64,000 nt of DNA, from contig JAAOMT010000348.1 of the NCBI GenBank assembly GCA_016748015.1, positions 4,441-68,440 of the forward strand, in the 5' to 3' direction. The position numbers and the translations under genes were made by a program. The notes beneath the pieces were generated by a model. It worked only from the letters and a program-made list of their open reading frames with translations. It did no database searches and was not told the origin of the DNA. This DNA is from Geosiphon pyriformis uo1. Its lineage: Eukaryota > Fungi > Glomeromycota. Shown here piece by piece: positions 62,275-64,000 of the stretch. Each line of letters opens with the position of its first letter. The first letter of the stretch is position 1.

Positions 62275-64000
62275 ATGAAGTTAAAAGCTGTTTTAAGTGG
62301 CAACATATCAAAAAAAAAAGCCCTCAAAAGTGTCTTTTATGGTCTTGCTGGTGGTTTTTTTTTACAGAAAAAGAAGATTGTTCTTGGTGTTATTAGAAGT
62401 TTTTGGTCTCTTTTTTTAAATATTATTAATGTTAATTTGCTGTTAATTCACGTTCTCAGGAAGTAGTTGGACCTCTAGTAACTGAATTTATCTTCAAATT
62501 ATCTCCTATAATTTGAACTGCTGGGCTTATAAGTGGAATGGCCAATTCCTTGCCAGTTACTTTATGTAATTACATTGTAGTAAACGTTAACTCTTTCCCA
62601 GGAATTGCTTGTTTGGAAGCTTACTAAAAATGTGTAGTTACTTTGCTGTGAAAGTCAACTCTTCTACAGGAATTTCGTCTGTAGACTACCCCAATAATTA
62701 TGATAAAAAAAGAAAAGAAAATAAAAGAAATGTAAAAGAAATAGAATTTTATCAAAGAAAACGTTTTTTATCCAGGCCTGGAGTCACTAACAGTTTATTG
62801 AAATTGGTAGCTAATCAATTTCAAAACGTTAGTTGTGTTGAGGGAATTTCAAGTGTAATAATTTAAGAATTTAGTTTTTGAATATTTAATTTTTATTTGA
62901 ATATGTAAAAGATGATTTGTTTTAATTAAGATATTTAAAGTAGAATGCTATGATAAGATACTATGGGAAGATATAAGAAAATACATTTTCTTGAAGAGAG
63001 AAGCTCTTTTTTTATACAACTTGTTGTAATACTAGTCTTTGAACTTGCACTTTTCTCTTTGCTACAATTTGGGTGAACTAAAGATATATTTCGGCAAATT
63101 TACAAGTTATTTCACTGAACTATTGATTATTTCGGCGATTTTTCATTAATTTCGGCAAATTTTGACTATGTTAAATGGTTCAGGGTATTGTGTAATTTGA
63201 TCATCTTAATTTCTAGAGTACAAATCGGATTATTGATTGAGTAATGATATTTGATAATTTGGTTAAATAATAAGTGATAATTGAAATAATAATAATATAT
63301 GCTAATTAATAATAGGAATTATAAGGGTAATTTCGTGCTAATTAATAACTAAAATTCTACTGGTAACATTGGGAATATCAAATACTTTGATAATAAGAAA
63401 AATGTTTTTTTGATCAAATCTAAGTCTGATAATAATGTGTATTCTAATGTGGATAATTTGTCTGAAGATAATAAGAGAGTTGACATGTCTGGTATTCTTA
63501 ATAGATTTTTTCTAAGCTTGGCTATTACCACTCCTAAAGCAAAACATATCAATACTAATGCTGTTTTTGGTTTTCTTAACTTTGATATGGATAATAATGA
63601 TAAGGTTTTTCTCTCTTCTCACCTCCTAATCTCTTTAGATAGAAAATAAATCAACCCTAAAATTGCTAAAACTTAGATAAAAGTTACTATTAAAAAGTTG
63701 TTTGCTTTGGATATCAATTTTTCAGCAATAGAAGACAAATTTGTAATGATAAACACTCAGAAAATTAGGAGAATTTTTTTAATTGTTAATAATTTTGAGA
63801 GGGCCATTACTTCCTTAAAGTTTGAAGAGATTATTTGATTTACTTTTACTTTAAAACAAAGCATAAAGAAGGCTGTATCATTGGTCAGAAAAAAAAAGAT
63901 TGCCATAAACAGCAATCTCAAAAGACAAAAAATTTATTCAAATTGGATCATAGTAATTAAAAAAATTCTTATAGATATACTGAAGAAAATAATCATTGTA
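62275..64000 (+). pseudogene. Probable ORF1 of a non-LTR retrotransposon, split by a solo LTR; continues past the window end
   Basis: Frame rejoins across the LTR (KKIVLG|NIKYF). Basic N-terminus, acidic/Ser linker, then FALDINFS and IVIKKI strands. The LINE ORF1 assignment rests on context and recalled resemblance. Confidence 0.55.
62388..63368 (-). repeat. Solo LTR (C-type)
   Basis: TGTTA...TAACA; perfect TSD TTGG (62384-62387 / 63369-63372); close copy of 40902-41890. Confidence 0.95.

Overview
Gene-free, very AT-rich eukaryotic window made almost entirely of decayed retrotransposons; no host genes, RNA genes or CRISPR arrays are supported. The composition and element types suggest an early-diverging fungus, probably Glomeromycotina such as Geosiphon (inference). 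From about 2.5 to 59.2 kb lies a nest of six Ty3/Gypsy LTR retrotransposon copies from three LTR families. The oldest host element H1 (+) is split by element A (-, itself split by B), element D (+), a solo LTR and element C (+, split by two solo LTRs). A 5'-truncated element E follows. Non-LTR (LINE-like) remnants occupy both ends, one split by another solo LTR. Most insertions have readable TGTTA...TAACA termini and 4-bp target-site duplications, and the full elements retain a PBS and PPT. All copies are inactivated, mainly by C>T/G>A changes. Comparing the six copies reveals an unusual shared architecture. ORF1 is Gag-protease-Cys-rich domain-dUTPase-dUTPase-like-RT-RNase H and ends in a stop codon at the same position in every copy. 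Integrase is then a separate ORF2 with its own start codon. A conserved ORF3 of unknown function follows and ends at the polypurine tract. Domain boundaries are approximate and were read by eye.
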